From assembly GCA_038212275.1 (NCBI GenBank), contig JBBQUR010000003.1:64001-128000 (forward strand): 64,000 nucleotides of DNA. Reading direction: 5' to 3'. The notes under the pieces are model-generated. The model saw only the letters and a program-made list of their open reading frames with translations. It did no database searches and was not told where the DNA came from. Shown here in pieces: positions 38,438 through 48,411 of this stretch. The DNA comes from Planctomycetota bacterium (GTDB taxonomy: Bacteria > Planctomycetota > B15-G4). The translations under genes were made by a program, and so were the position numbers. How positions within the stretch are numbered: the first letter of the stretch is position 1; the number at the start of each line of letters is the position of its first letter.

Positions 38438-38614
38438 GGAGTGCGGGCCGTCGTGATCGCCGACTTCGGCTGCGACGGCGGGTGCGTGCGTCACGAAAGT
38501 GTGTCAACTCTCTGCGCACGGGCAGCCGATGAAGCCCGCCGCCAAGGCGAGGGGAAAGCGACTTGGTGCCGACGAGCGAACGTGCGCCGCAGGGTCGGTA
38601 GACTACGAACTCCC

Positions 38615-38920
38615 ATGCCAGCCACCCCCCGCATCCCCGTCCCCCGCGAACCGCTGGCAGCACTCTGCCTCCGCCACCACATCCGCAAGCTTTCCTTCTT
38701 CGGCTCCGTACTGCGCGACGACTTCGGTCCAGCCAGCGACATCGACATCCTCGTCGAGTTCGACCCGGAGTTTCCGGTGGGCTTCCGGATCTTCGACGTC
38801 GAGCAGGAACTCTCGCAGCTCTTCGACGGCCGCCGCGTGGACATCGTCAACCCCAAGTATCTGAACCGGCACCTGCGGGATCGCGTGCTCGCCGACGCGC
38901 TCGTCCAATATGCGGCATGA
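38615..38920 (+). CDS. MNT (minimal nucleotidyltransferase) antitoxin
   Basis: FFGSVLRDDFGPASDIDILVEF (GSx10DxD), GRRVDIV. Confidence 0.9.
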   Translation: MPATPRIPVPREPLAALCLRHHIRKLSFFGSVLRDDFGPASDIDILVEFDPEFPVGFRIFDVEQELSQLFDGRRVDIVNPKYLNRHLRDRVLADALVQYAA

Positions 38921-39257
38921 CGACCTGGCCTACGTGCGCCACATGCTGGATCAGGCCGAGCTGGCTGTCTCGATGCTCGGGCACAAGACGTGAGCCCAGT
39001 TCGATGCCGATGACACCCTTCGACTCGCGCTGACCCATCTGGTGCAGACCTTCGGAGAGGCCGCTGGTCGTGTGTCTCCTGCCTTTCGCGGGCGCTGTGC
39101 CGAAGTGCCTTGGGAGCGCGTGATCGGCATGCGGCACCGCATCGTCCACGACTACCTGGACGTGGACTTCGACATCGTCTGGGATGTCGTGAAGCTGCAC
39201 CTGCCCGCACTGATCGCGGTGTTGAGGATGCGTGTCATCCCCGAGGCCGAACGCTAG
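38910..39257 (+). pseudogene. HepT/DUF86 HEPN toxin with in-frame TGA at 38991-38993
   Basis: MRHDDLAYVRHMLD...HKT*AQFDADDTLRLAL...GEAA...MRHRIVHDY (Rx4HxY). Confidence 0.85.
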
Positions 39258-39475
39258 CCTGTGCATGCAGTGAAGCCCTCTCCGCGGCTCACAAGCCGCG
39301 GCCCCGTTGAGGCCGCAGCCCAAGCGCCAGCGGACAGGGGAGCACTTCGCGCTGTGCCGTCCCATGGCTGCCCCGACAGCCTGGAACGGGTCGCCCATCA
39401 GCGGAGTTCATGGCAACTCCCGAGCCGCAGGGCGCGCGCGTTGATTTCCCGCCGCTTGTCCCTTTCGATGGCGGG

Positions 39476-40594
39476 ATGAGCGCCGCATCGCAGCCGCCGC
39501 AGGTGCCCCGGCTGCGCCGCCCGCGCCGGCCGCGCCGGCCGCGCCTCGCGGAAGCCGGGCTGCTGCTCGTCATCGTCGCGCTGTGCACGCTGCTGACGCT
39601 TGCGGCGGACACGCTCGTGCTGCACGGCGAGTCGATGAACGCCTTCCTGCGCGTGGACAACCTGCTCGCCAACGTGGCCACGCCGATGTCGTGGATGGCG
39701 ATCATGGCGCTGGGCGCGACCTGCGTGATCATCGCGGGCGGCATCGACATTTCGGTCGGTTCCATCTTCGGGCTGTCGGCGCTGGGCACGGCCGCGGTGC
39801 TGCAGGAACTGCCGGCCGATGCGAGCGCGTGGCTCGTGCTGCCGCTCGCGGTCGGCGTGGCTCTGGGCATCGGCGCGGCGTGTGGTCTGCTCAACGGCGT
39901 GCTCGTCGTCGGACTGCGCCTGCATCCCTTCATCGTCACGCTGGGGACGCTGTCCATCTTCCGCGGGCTGGCGCTCGTCGCGGTGAAGGCCAAGACGCTG
40001 CCTTCGCTCGGGCAGCAGTTGCCGGTCGCGCTCACCTCCGACGGCATCGGCGCGCGCGTCGCGCTGGGCGAGCACTCCTTCGTGCAGCCGGTGCCGATGC
40101 TCGTCATGCTGCTGTGCGCCGGGCTCGCGTGGATCTTCCTGGCGCACACGGTGGGCGGGCGCGAGGTGTACGCCGTGGGCGGCAATGCGGAGGCGGCGCG
40201 TTTCGCGGGCCTGCCCGTCGGGCGCATCACGCTGCGCGTCTACGTGATCTCCGGCGTGTGCGCCGGCATCGCGGGCCTGCTCTCCTGCGGCTTCTATCAA
40301 TCCGCGAACACCGCAACGGGCGAGGGCTACGAGCTCTCCGTCATCGCGGCGGCGGTGGTGGGCGGCGCGAGCATGGCCGGCGGCCGCGGCACGGCGCTGG
40401 GCGCGCTGCTCGGCGCGCTGGTCATCAAGCTCATCGAGAACGGCATCGACATCCTGCGCGAACTGCCGCTCGGCTTCGCGACGCTGCCGCTCGGCAAGGA
40501 GTACGGCAAGATCATCATCGGCGTGGCGATCCTGCTGGCCGTCGCGATCGATCGTGTCTCGGAGCGCTGGCGCCGCGGCGAGCCGTCGTCGTGA
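39476..40594 (+). CDS. Monosaccharide ABC transporter permease (RbsC-like)
   Basis: GGIDISVGS, PFIVTLG, GREVYAVGGNAEAA, GYELSVIAAAVVGG. Confidence 0.92.
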   Translation: MSAASQPPQVPRLRRPRRPRRPRLAEAGLLLVIVALCTLLTLAADTLVLHGESMNAFLRVDNLLANVATPMSWMAIMALGATCVIIAGGIDISVGSIFGLSALGTAAVLQELPADASAWLVLPLAVGVALGIGAACGLLNGVLVVGLRLHPFIVTLGTLSIFRGLALVAVKAKTLPSLGQQLPVALTSDGIGARVALGEHSFVQPVPMLVMLLCAGLAWIFLAHTVGGREVYAVGGNAEAARFAGLPVGRITLRVYVISGVCAGIAGLLSCGFYQSANTATGEGYELSVIAAAVVGGASMAGGRGTALGALLGALVIKLIENGIDILRELPLGFATLPLGKEYGKIIIGVAILLAVAIDRVSERWRRGEPSS

Positions 40595-41139
40595 AGCCCG
40601 AGGAACGCGCGGCGCGCCGCCTCTTCATGCGCGTGGCGCGCGTGCTCATCGGCGCCGTCATCCTCGTGGCGCTGGCTGGCGCGGTGCTCTGGCTGCGCGC
40701 GGCCTTTCATCCGTGGACCGACCACGACCTGCCCGACGTGCGCGCGCGGCACGCCGTGCTGCACCTGCAGAACGAGACCGCCGCGCCGCTCGCGCTTGCC
40801 TGGCGTCGCGCCGCCGCCGCGGACTCCGCGCCGGGTCCGTGGATCGACCTGCCGCCGAATCCGGCGCTTCCGGCGGGTGTCGTCGAGTCGCGCGGCTACC
40901 GCCTGCTCGCGCCGCTGCCCGCGGACGCCGCAGCCGCGGGCACGCCGATCGAACTGCGCCTCACGCAGGCAGGCGACGAGCGCCTGCTGCCGCTCTGCCC
41001 TCGCGCCGCCGAGCACCTGCGCCTGCGCATCGATGAGACGCGCGCGCTGCACCTGCAGTCCGGCCGCGCAGGCTGGTGGGGTGCGCCGGACTTCGGCGCG
41101 GAACTCCCGCTCGACGCGACAGCTTCCGCGCCACGCTAA
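40591..41139 (+). CDS. Hypothetical membrane-anchored protein
   Basis: GTG overlaps permease stop; N-terminal TM. Confidence 0.55.
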   Translation: MKPEERAARRLFMRVARVLIGAVILVALAGAVLWLRAAFHPWTDHDLPDVRARHAVLHLQNETAAPLALAWRRAAAADSAPGPWIDLPPNPALPAGVVESRGYRLLAPLPADAAAAGTPIELRLTQAGDERLLPLCPRAAEHLRLRIDETRALHLQSGRAGWWGAPDFGAELPLDATASAPR

Positions 41140-41232
41140 GGCGCCACGCCAAGGCGCTGCGCTCGCGCGCGGCGCCACTCCACATCGCGACGAGACCTCG
41201 ACATGGCGCCGCGTCGCGTGTGCCGATGCACC

Positions 41233-41442
41233 TCAGCCCTTCGCGGGCTCGTCGACGTCGCAGTCGTTGATCCACTGCACGTGGTCGGTGTTGAGGACGG
41301 CCGAGGCGCAGTCGATGCCCTGAGCCTTGAGATTCGCGGAGCGGCGCGCCAGCCAGGTGTGCGCTTGCTCGAGGCTTTTCGCGGCGGCGTAGTGCACGGC
41401 AAAGGTGCCATCGTCGAAGGCGACGGAGACGGCGAGGATCAT
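41233..41442 (-). CDS. Small hypothetical protein (69 aa)
   Basis: MILAVSVAFDDGTFAVHYAAAKSLEQAHTWL...; GGAG about 8 nt upstream; GC3-biased codons; fills an intergenic gap. Confidence 0.5.
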   Translation of the reverse strand: MILAVSVAFDDGTFAVHYAAAKSLEQAHTWLARRSANLKAQGIDCASAVLNTDHVQWINDCDVDEPAKG

Positions 41443-41598
41443 GGGCGGAACTCCGAGGAGCCTGGGAACGAAGGGTGCATCGTGACGGGTGCTGCGGGTG
41501 CGCGACCGATCCGCGTGCCCGCCGATTGTGGGCCACCGGACCCCGGCGCGCCAGTCGAGCCGCACGCTCCCGCGGCGGGCTGTGTCATGATGCGCACC

Positions 41599-42651
41599 AT
41601 GCAACAGCTCACGCGCCGGTCTCTCCATGGCCGCGCTGCGACGGCATGCCGCGGCGCGCTCATCACCACGCTCTCGCTCGCCGTCTTCGGGCTCGGCGGT
41701 TGCGGCGACGGCACGCCAGCGACGGATGCCGCATCCGGCCACGCCGCGTCGCCGCGCCGGCTCGTCATCGGCCTCGTGGCCAAGAGTCAGAGCAATCCCG
41801 TGTTTCAGGCGGCGTATGCCGGCGCCAGGGCTGCGGCGGCGGAGCTGTCGGCCTCGCGCGGCATGGACATCGTCGTGGACTGGCAGACGCCCGCCGACGA
41901 GGACGCCCAGAAGCAGGCGCAGGCCATCGAGCAGCTCGCGCGCGCGGGCGCGGCCGGCATCGCGGTGTCGTGCAGCGACGCCAACACGCTGGCGCCCGCG
42001 ATCGACAAGGCCGTGGAACTCGGCGCGGTGGTCATGTGCTTCGACAGCGACGCGCCCACCAGCAAGCGCTTTGCCTTCTTCGGCACCGACGATGTCGCGT
42101 GCGGCGAGGCGGTCATGTCGGAGCTTGCCGCCGCGATGGGCGACAAGGGCGTCATCGCGATCCTCGCCGGCAACTCCTCCGCGCCCAATCTGCAGCACCG
42201 CGTGGACGGCGTGCGGAAGGAGCTGGCCAGGCACCCGCAGATGTCGCTGCTCGCCGACGGCGTCTACTACCACCCCGAGACGCCCGAGCAGGCGGCCGAG
42301 ACGCTGCAGCGTGCGCAGTCGAATCATCCGGAGATCGGCGGCTGGGCGCTGGTGGGCGGCTGGCCGCTCTTCACGCGCGGCGCGCTGCCGTGGGAGCCGG
42401 GCACGGTGAAGCTGGTCTCGGTGGACGCGTTGCCCGCGCAACTGGACTACCTCACCAGCGGCCACGCCGAAGTGCTTCTCGCGCAGGACTGCTTCGGCTG
42501 GGGCCATCGCTCCGTGACCGTCCTGGTGGAGAAAATCCTCGATGGCAGGACGCCCGACGGCGCGCCGCGCCTCATCGACCCGCTGACCCGCGTGCACAAG
42601 TCCGACGTCGCGGAGTGGAACGGCAAGTGGAAGGCGTGGCTCGGCAGGTGA
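41599..42651 (+). CDS. Sugar ABC transporter substrate-binding lipoprotein
   Basis: Lipobox GLGGC, KSQSNPVF, FDSDAP, GTDD, VDAL, Q..FGWG. Confidence 0.9.
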   Translation: MQQLTRRSLHGRAATACRGALITTLSLAVFGLGGCGDGTPATDAASGHAASPRRLVIGLVAKSQSNPVFQAAYAGARAAAAELSASRGMDIVVDWQTPADEDAQKQAQAIEQLARAGAAGIAVSCSDANTLAPAIDKAVELGAVVMCFDSDAPTSKRFAFFGTDDVACGEAVMSELAAAMGDKGVIAILAGNSSAPNLQHRVDGVRKELARHPQMSLLADGVYYHPETPEQAAETLQRAQSNHPEIGGWALVGGWPLFTRGALPWEPGTVKLVSVDALPAQLDYLTSGHAEVLLAQDCFGWGHRSVTVLVEKILDGRTPDGAPRLIDPLTRVHKSDVAEWNGKWKAWLGR

Positions 42652-42726
42652 GCGCGGCGAGCGGAGCGGCCGACGAGCGCACGGTGGGGCGATGGGGGCG
42701 ATGGGGGCGGTGGGAGCGATGAGCGC

Positions 42727-44415
42727 ATGATCGAGCTGCGCGGCGTCGGCAAGCACTTCGGCGGCGTGGCGGCGCTGGAGGATGTGAGCCTGACGATCGT
42801 GCGCGGCGAGTGCCACGCGCTCATGGGCGAGAACGGCGCGGGCAAATCCACGCTGGGGCGCCTGCTTGCCGGCATTCACCGGCTCGATCGCGGCGAGCTG
42901 CTGCTCGACGGCGAGCGCCGCGACTTCCGCTCGCCGCGCGATGCGCTGGACGCCGGCATCGCGATGGTGCACCAGGAGCTGGCCTTCGTGCCGGAGCTGT
43001 CCGTCGCCGAGAATCTGTCGCTGGGCCGCATGCCGCGGCGTGGGCCGTTCACGGATCGTGCGGCGATGGAGAGCCGCGCGCGGGAGCTGCTCGCGCGTGT
43101 CGGCGCGGACCTCGACGTGCGCGCTCCGGTGCGCTCGCTGTCCACGGCGCAGGAGCAGCTCTTGCAGATCGCCGCGGCGGTGGGCAGCGGCGCGCGCGTG
43201 ATCGTCTTCGACGAGCCCACGTCGTCGCTGGCCGAGGCGGAGGCGCGGCGGCTCTTCGCGCTGATCCGCGAGTTGCGCGCGGAGGGCGCGACGATCCTCT
43301 ACGTGAGCCACCGCATGCCGGAGGTCTTCGCGCTGTGCGACCGCCTCTCCGTGCTGCGCGACGGCCGCCTCGTCGCGACGCGCGACGTGGCCGCGACGAA
43401 CACCGACGAGGTCGTGCGCCTCATGATCGGCCGCGACCTGCCGGCGGCGGCCGCCGGACCCGGCTCGCGCGACGCGCTCGACGCGCTCGACGGGCGCGAT
43501 GGGCGCGATGCGCGCGGCGTGGGCGTGCCGGAGGCGCTGCCGCGCGAGCTGCTGCGCGTGGAGGCACTCGCGTCGCCCGGGAAGTTCGCGGGCGTGAGCT
43601 TCACGCTGCGCGAGCGCGAGATCGTCGGCCTCGCGGGCCTCGTCGGCGCGGGGCGCAGCGAGGTGGCGCGCGCGCTGTTCGGCCTCGACCCGGCCGCGCG
43701 CGGCGGCATCACCGTCGCGGGGCGCGTGCTGCCCACGCGCGCGTCGCGGCGCACGCCGCGCCTCGCCATCGACGCCGGCCTCGCGCTCATCCCCGAGGAC
43801 CGCAAGCGCCAGGGCCTCGTGTCCTCGATGGGCGCCCGCATGAACTGGTCGCTGCCGCTGCTCGCGCGGTTGCGCTGGAGGCCCTTCGGCTCGCGGGCCG
43901 CGGCCGGTGCGGACCCGCCGGCCGGCGCGGACCCGCCGGGCGCTGCGGACCCGCCGGCCGGTGCGGACCCTCCGGGCGGCGGCAGCGCATGGCGTCTGCT
44001 GGACCGCCGCGCCGAGCGCGAAGGCGCCGCCGCCGCGCTCGCGCCACTGGCGGTGAAGATGGCCTCGCTCGACACGCCCGTCGCGCAGCTCTCCGGCGGC
44101 AACCAGCAGAAGCTCGTGCTCGCGCGCTGGCTCTCCACCGGCGCGCGCGTACTCCTCGCCGACGAGCCGACGCGCGGTGTGGACGTCGGCGCCAAGGCGC
44201 AGATCCACGCGCTGCTGCACGATCGCGCCGCGCAGGGCCTGGCCGTGCTGCTCATCTCGAGCGAGCTGCCGGAACTGCTCGCGCTCTGCGACCGAGTGCT
44301 CGTCATGCGCGGCGGCCGGCTCGTCGCGGAGCTGTCGCGCGGGGAGTTCAGCGAGGAGTCGCTGCTCCGGGCCATGGCGGGGGTGGATGCGGCGCTCTCG
44401 TCGCCCACGCCTTGA
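42727..44415 (+). CDS. Sugar ABC transporter ATP-binding protein (RbsA/XylG-like)
   Basis: GENGAGKSTL, DEPTSSL, PEDRKRQG, LSGGNQQK, DEPTRGVDVGAK. Confidence 0.95.
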   Translation: MIELRGVGKHFGGVAALEDVSLTIVRGECHALMGENGAGKSTLGRLLAGIHRLDRGELLLDGERRDFRSPRDALDAGIAMVHQELAFVPELSVAENLSLGRMPRRGPFTDRAAMESRARELLARVGADLDVRAPVRSLSTAQEQLLQIAAAVGSGARVIVFDEPTSSLAEAEARRLFALIRELRAEGATILYVSHRMPEVFALCDRLSVLRDGRLVATRDVAATNTDEVVRLMIGRDLPAAAAGPGSRDALDALDGRDGRDARGVGVPEALPRELLRVEALASPGKFAGVSFTLREREIVGLAGLVGAGRSEVARALFGLDPAARGGITVAGRVLPTRASRRTPRLAIDAGLALIPEDRKRQGLVSSMGARMNWSLPLLARLRWRPFGSRAAAGADPPAGADPPGAADPPAGADPPGGGSAWRLLDRRAEREGAAAALAPLAVKMASLDTPVAQLSGGNQQKLVLARWLSTGARVLLADEPTRGVDVGAKAQIHALLHDRAAQGLAVLLISSELPELLALCDRVLVMRGGRLVAELSRGEFSEESLLRAMAGVDAALSSPTP

Positions 44416-44430
44416 ATTCCTGGCCGCGCC

Positions 44431-44547
44431 TCAGCAGTGCTGGAGCGCCAGGTAGACGACGGCGAAGAGGATGGCGGTGCCGAAGCAACCGCCACCGAAC
44501 TTCCAGGAGATGAGGCCTGCCAGCAATCCGCGTCCGGCGTTGTTCAT
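44431..44547 (-). CDS. Small membrane protein, 38 aa
   Basis: MNNAGRGLLAGLISWKFGGGCFGTAILFAVVYLALQHC*; GGGAG RBS; below the ORF-track cutoff. Confidence 0.7.
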   Translation of the reverse strand: MNNAGRGLLAGLISWKFGGGCFGTAILFAVVYLALQHC

Positions 44548-44758
44548 GGAAGTCACTCCCGCGCACGAGTCTCGCTGTGGCGCTGCCGAAAGTGAACCGC
44601 GCATTCCCGCCGACGATGCGCTTCTCCGTCCGCCCTCGAGGCGGCGAGCAAGGCGGCGAGCGAGGCGACGAGTGAGCCGGCGAGTCAGCCGGCGAGTCAG
44701 CCAGCGAGTCAGCCGGCGCTGCCCAGCGCGAGGCCGCTCTCACAGCGCGAGGCCGCGC

Positions 44759-45676
44759 TCACGGCGTGAGGCAGCTCACCCCGTTGCTTGCCGCGAAACC
44801 CTTCGGGCCCGCCGGATCCTGGATCCAGCTCTGGAACCAGAGGCTGACGAGGCCGGGGATGCCGACGGGCCACGTGCCGGGCAGCACGAGCGCGCCGGCG
44901 CCGCTGGTGGGGAAGGGGCCGAGCACGAGGTCGGGGCTGGGCACGAGCACGCCGCCCTTGAAGGGCGCGTTGGCGGCGCTGAAACCGATGAAGAGCCAGC
45001 TCGCGGCGGCGGACTTTGCGGAGGTCAGCGAGAGCGTGACCGGGTCGCCGCCAAGGCCAAGTCCCACGCCCGTCAGGGTCGGCAGGCCGGCCGTGCCGGC
45101 GAGCGCGCCGCCGACGCTCTTCCACGTCGCCACGACGGTGAGCTGCACGCCGAGGTCGCCGTCCGGGTCGGAGTTGTCGGCCCACTTGCCGTCGTGGTTG
45201 CCGACGAAGAGGTGCGTGGCGCCCGCGGGAATCTCGATGATCGCGTTGGCCTGGATCGCGCTGGTGATGCGGAAGTCCTCGGGCACATCGGTGGGCTGAC
45301 CGCCGGAGGCCGTGGGAGAGGAGATGAACTCCGGCCCCGCGTCGATCGCGTCGGGAATCCGGTGCAGCAGCTCCGGGCCCAGGATCACCGGGCTGCCGCT
45401 GAAGATGCCGATGAGGCTGAGGATCGTGTCGCCTGAAGGCCCGTTGTCCATGTCGCCCACACCCTGCATGAGCAGCGACTGGCCGGGCACCGCGCCCAGG
45501 CCCGCAAGCGCGATCGGCGTCGCGGGCACCGCGCTGTCGCTGGCCGCGATGTGCAGGTAGGCATCCTTCGGCCCGAGCGGGATGGTGAAGGTCTGGGCCC
45601 TGGCGGCGACGGGCGCGCTCCACGCGGCGGCGAGCAGAAGAGCGGGCACGATCAGGTGGTTCTTGCGGAGTCGCAT
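44759..45676 (-). CDS. Secreted protein with conserved C-terminal domain (shared with 6666..7667)
   Basis: Signal peptide ARA|Q; IPAGATHLFVG..D..WADNSD beta-domain; PFKGGVL...WFQ.WIQDP.GP.G...SNG C-terminus. Confidence 0.75.
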   Translation of the reverse strand: MRLRKNHLIVPALLLAAAWSAPVAARAQTFTIPLGPKDAYLHIAASDSAVPATPIALAGLGAVPGQSLLMQGVGDMDNGPSGDTILSLIGIFSGSPVILGPELLHRIPDAIDAGPEFISSPTASGGQPTDVPEDFRITSAIQANAIIEIPAGATHLFVGNHDGKWADNSDPDGDLGVQLTVVATWKSVGGALAGTAGLPTLTGVGLGLGGDPVTLSLTSAKSAAASWLFIGFSAANAPFKGGVLVPSPDLVLGPFPTSGAGALVLPGTWPVGIPGLVSLWFQSWIQDPAGPKGFAASNGVSCLTP

Positions 45677-45810
45677 GGCGGAGCCCTCGGGGAAGGAAAC
45701 GTGGGGCGCGGGGGTCAGAGTGGGCGCGCCCTGATCATGGCATCGGAAGTCCCCGGTGTGTGTGACTTGGTCCCGTGTCCGGACGTGAGGTTTTCTTCAG
45801 GGATCAGCCG

Positions 45811-46440
45811 ATGTCCGACCCGTTGCGCACAGTCCCGACTCTCCGCCGCGCCCTGGCCGGGGCGGCAGTGCTCGCGCTTGTGGCGGCGCTGCTTGTCAGC
45901 CGGATCGAGTGGCGCGCCGCGGGCGGTGATCCGGGCGCGATGATCGACGGGGCCGACGGTTTCGACAGGGCTGACGTGGTCGACGTGGTCGACGGGGTCG
46001 ACGGGGTCGACGCAGCTGGCGACCTCGAGCCGCGGGATCTGCGCGCCGCAGCGTTCAGCCAGCGGGAGGTGCTCGGCAGCGTGGCCGAGGTCGTCGTGCG
46101 CGAGGGCGATACGGCGGTCGTGAATTTCGTCGTGCCGAGTGGCGCGATCGTGCGCGGCGTCGTGCTCTTGGGCGAACGTCCGCTGCCCGGCGCCGTCGTC
46201 TACCACAGGCCTTTTCTCCAGGGGCTGTGCCAGCAGGCCTGGAGCATCCTCTGCGCCACGGCGCCAGACACCGTGATCACCGGCTCCGACGGGCGCTTCA
46301 CGCAGTCGGTCCCCTACGGCCGGGAGCTCGCCTTCTGGGCCGTGGCGCCTGACGGTTCACGGAGCGCGGAAACCCGACTCACCCTCAATACCGGCACGAC
46401 CTTCGATGTCGAATTGGCCGTGTCGAAGAGAAGGCCGTGA
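45811..46440 (+). CDS. Short carboxypeptidase-regulatory-like protein (possibly truncated paralog)
   Basis: N-terminal TM; VRGVVLLGERPLPGA...TGSDGRF aligns with LRGQVLAGDTPIAGA...SDTEGRF of the next gene. Confidence 0.55.
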   Translation: MSDPLRTVPTLRRALAGAAVLALVAALLVSRIEWRAAGGDPGAMIDGADGFDRADVVDVVDGVDGVDAAGDLEPRDLRAAAFSQREVLGSVAEVVVREGDTAVVNFVVPSGAIVRGVVLLGERPLPGAVVYHRPFLQGLCQQAWSILCATAPDTVITGSDGRFTQSVPYGRELAFWAVAPDGSRSAETRLTLNTGTTFDVELAVSKRRP

Positions 46441-46529
46441 TGCACACGGCGTTATGATCCGCAGGTCGCGCGTCACGAATGGCGGTCCGCGCGGACAGAC
46501 CTGGACGGCTCGGGGACGGCGGCGGCTTC

Positions 46530-48291
46530 ATGACCAGGACGCGCGAGACCCGCACGACGCTTGCCCGGGTCCTCGGCGCGGCGGTCCTGCTCGCCATGCT
46601 GCCGGTGCTCGCCGTGTGGTGGATCGAAGGCGACGGCGCGGGACAGCACGCGTCGGTCGGCGTGCTCTCTCTGCACGATGCTGCCTCGAACGGAACGCAG
46701 GTTGATGAGGTCGTGCGCCTGCGCGAGCCGCCGTCCACGCAGCCGCTTCGGGCCCCGGCGCGCGCTGCGATCGCGCCGCAAGTCGACGCCTTCGGCGCGC
46801 GGCTCGAGGAGCAGGGCTTCTTCTCCGGCGTGCCGCGCGCGTGGCTCGTGCCTTCTCGCATCATCGGTCGCGTCGTCGACGAGCGCGGCGCTCCGGTGGT
46901 CGGCGCGATCATCCAGCTCATGCCCGATGAAGCGACACTCGGCGTGGTGCGCCAGGCCGTCGGCTCGCTGCCGCCCGCGCGCCCGTCGGCATCGTCCGGC
47001 GCCGACGGGCGCTTCACGCTGGAGACGTGGCATGGCCTGCCGGGCGCGGGCATGCTGCCGCTCTCGTCCGGCAAGGGGACGCCCGCCGTGTCCATCACCG
47101 GCCCGACGAGTGCGACGCTGCGCGTGCGATGTCCCGGCTGGCGATCGGGCGTGTCGGATGTCGGCACGCAGGTGCTGCGCGCGGGCGCCGTGGTCGAGGG
47201 GCGCGTCGTGGACGGTGAGGGCCGTCCGTTGGCGGGTCTGGTCGGGCCGCGTGGAAGTCTCGCGCCTCGATGAGCTCGGCGCGGCGACGTCCTGGCGCAG
47301 AGCCTCGTTCGACAAAGAGGGGATCTTCGTCTTTCGCGGCTTGCGGCCCGGCGACTACGACACCCGGACATCCGAGGACGAAAACCCTGGCCCCGGTGTC
47401 CGCGTGATCGCGGGGCAGACCACGGAGGTTGACATCGTGGTGCCGCGCCCGCCGCTGCTGCGCGGACAGGTGCTCGCCGGCGACACGCCCATCGCCGGCG
47501 CACGGATCCAGTACGAGTTTCCGCGCAGCGCGGCCCCGGAAGACTGGGACGTGATCGCCGATGGAGGGAGGGCGCTCGACACGGCACGCAGCGACACGGA
47601 AGGGCGCTTCCTGCTGACGATTGCCGGCGCAGGCTCCATCACCGTGTGGGCGAGCATGAGCGGCGGCGGCGCGTCCGCGACCGTGCCGCTCACCGTCGCG
47701 CAGGATCAGGAGGCGACCGTCGTGCTGCGCATGGGTGCGGGGCGCCTGCAAGGCAGAGTCGTCGAGGCGATTGGCGGCGCTCCGGTGCACGGCGCGAAGG
47801 TGGGTGCAGGCAACTCCTTCGTCGCCGTCGACGCCGACGGCCGCTTCGACCTCTCGCACCTGCAGCCCGGCGAATACACGCTGCGCGCCGAGGCTCCCGG
47901 CCATCTGCCCGCCGCTTCCGCGCCGCTGATGCTGGCAGGCGACGAGACCGTGTCGGATCTCCTATTGGAACTCGTGCGCGCCGCAAGCCTGATCGTGACC
48001 GTGCTCGGGCCCGACGGCTTTCCCGTGGACGGCGCGCTGACCGTCGTCGCGTGGCCCGTCGACGGCGCCGTGCTGAGGCCCTGGAAGGACCTCCGCACGC
48101 AAGCCGGCAGCGTGACGATCGACTCGCTGCCGGCCGGCAACTACTGGGTCGGCCTTCCCGGGTCGGCCGCCCTGCAGTTCGCGCCGAACACTTCGATGGA
48201 CGATCGCGTCGACAACCGCGTCCCCGTGACGCTCGTGCCGGGCCAGACGCATGAAGTGACCCTGCACGTTGCGGAAGGCGCCGCTCGATGA
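46530..48291 (+). pseudogene. Carboxypeptidase-regulatory-like domain protein, frameshifted near 47240
   Basis: First frame runs TM...GRVVDGEGRPLAG then stops at 47273; another frame continues RVEVSRLDE...FRGLRPGDY to 48291. Confidence 0.65.
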
Positions 48292-48411
48292 ACGGCGCGC
48301 GCCGACAGCGCACGACGCTTGCCTGGGTGCTCGGGGTCGGCCTGCCCGTGCGCGCCGCGACCATCGCCCCTGATGCCCGGGCGCGCTCCGGTCTGTAAGC
48401 TCTGCGGCCCC

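Noticed and set aside
38991..38993. TGA in HepT as selenocysteine or genetic-code reassignment
   Set aside because: TGA is the normal stop for most genes here, the position is not a Cys site, and no SECIS-like hairpin is evident.
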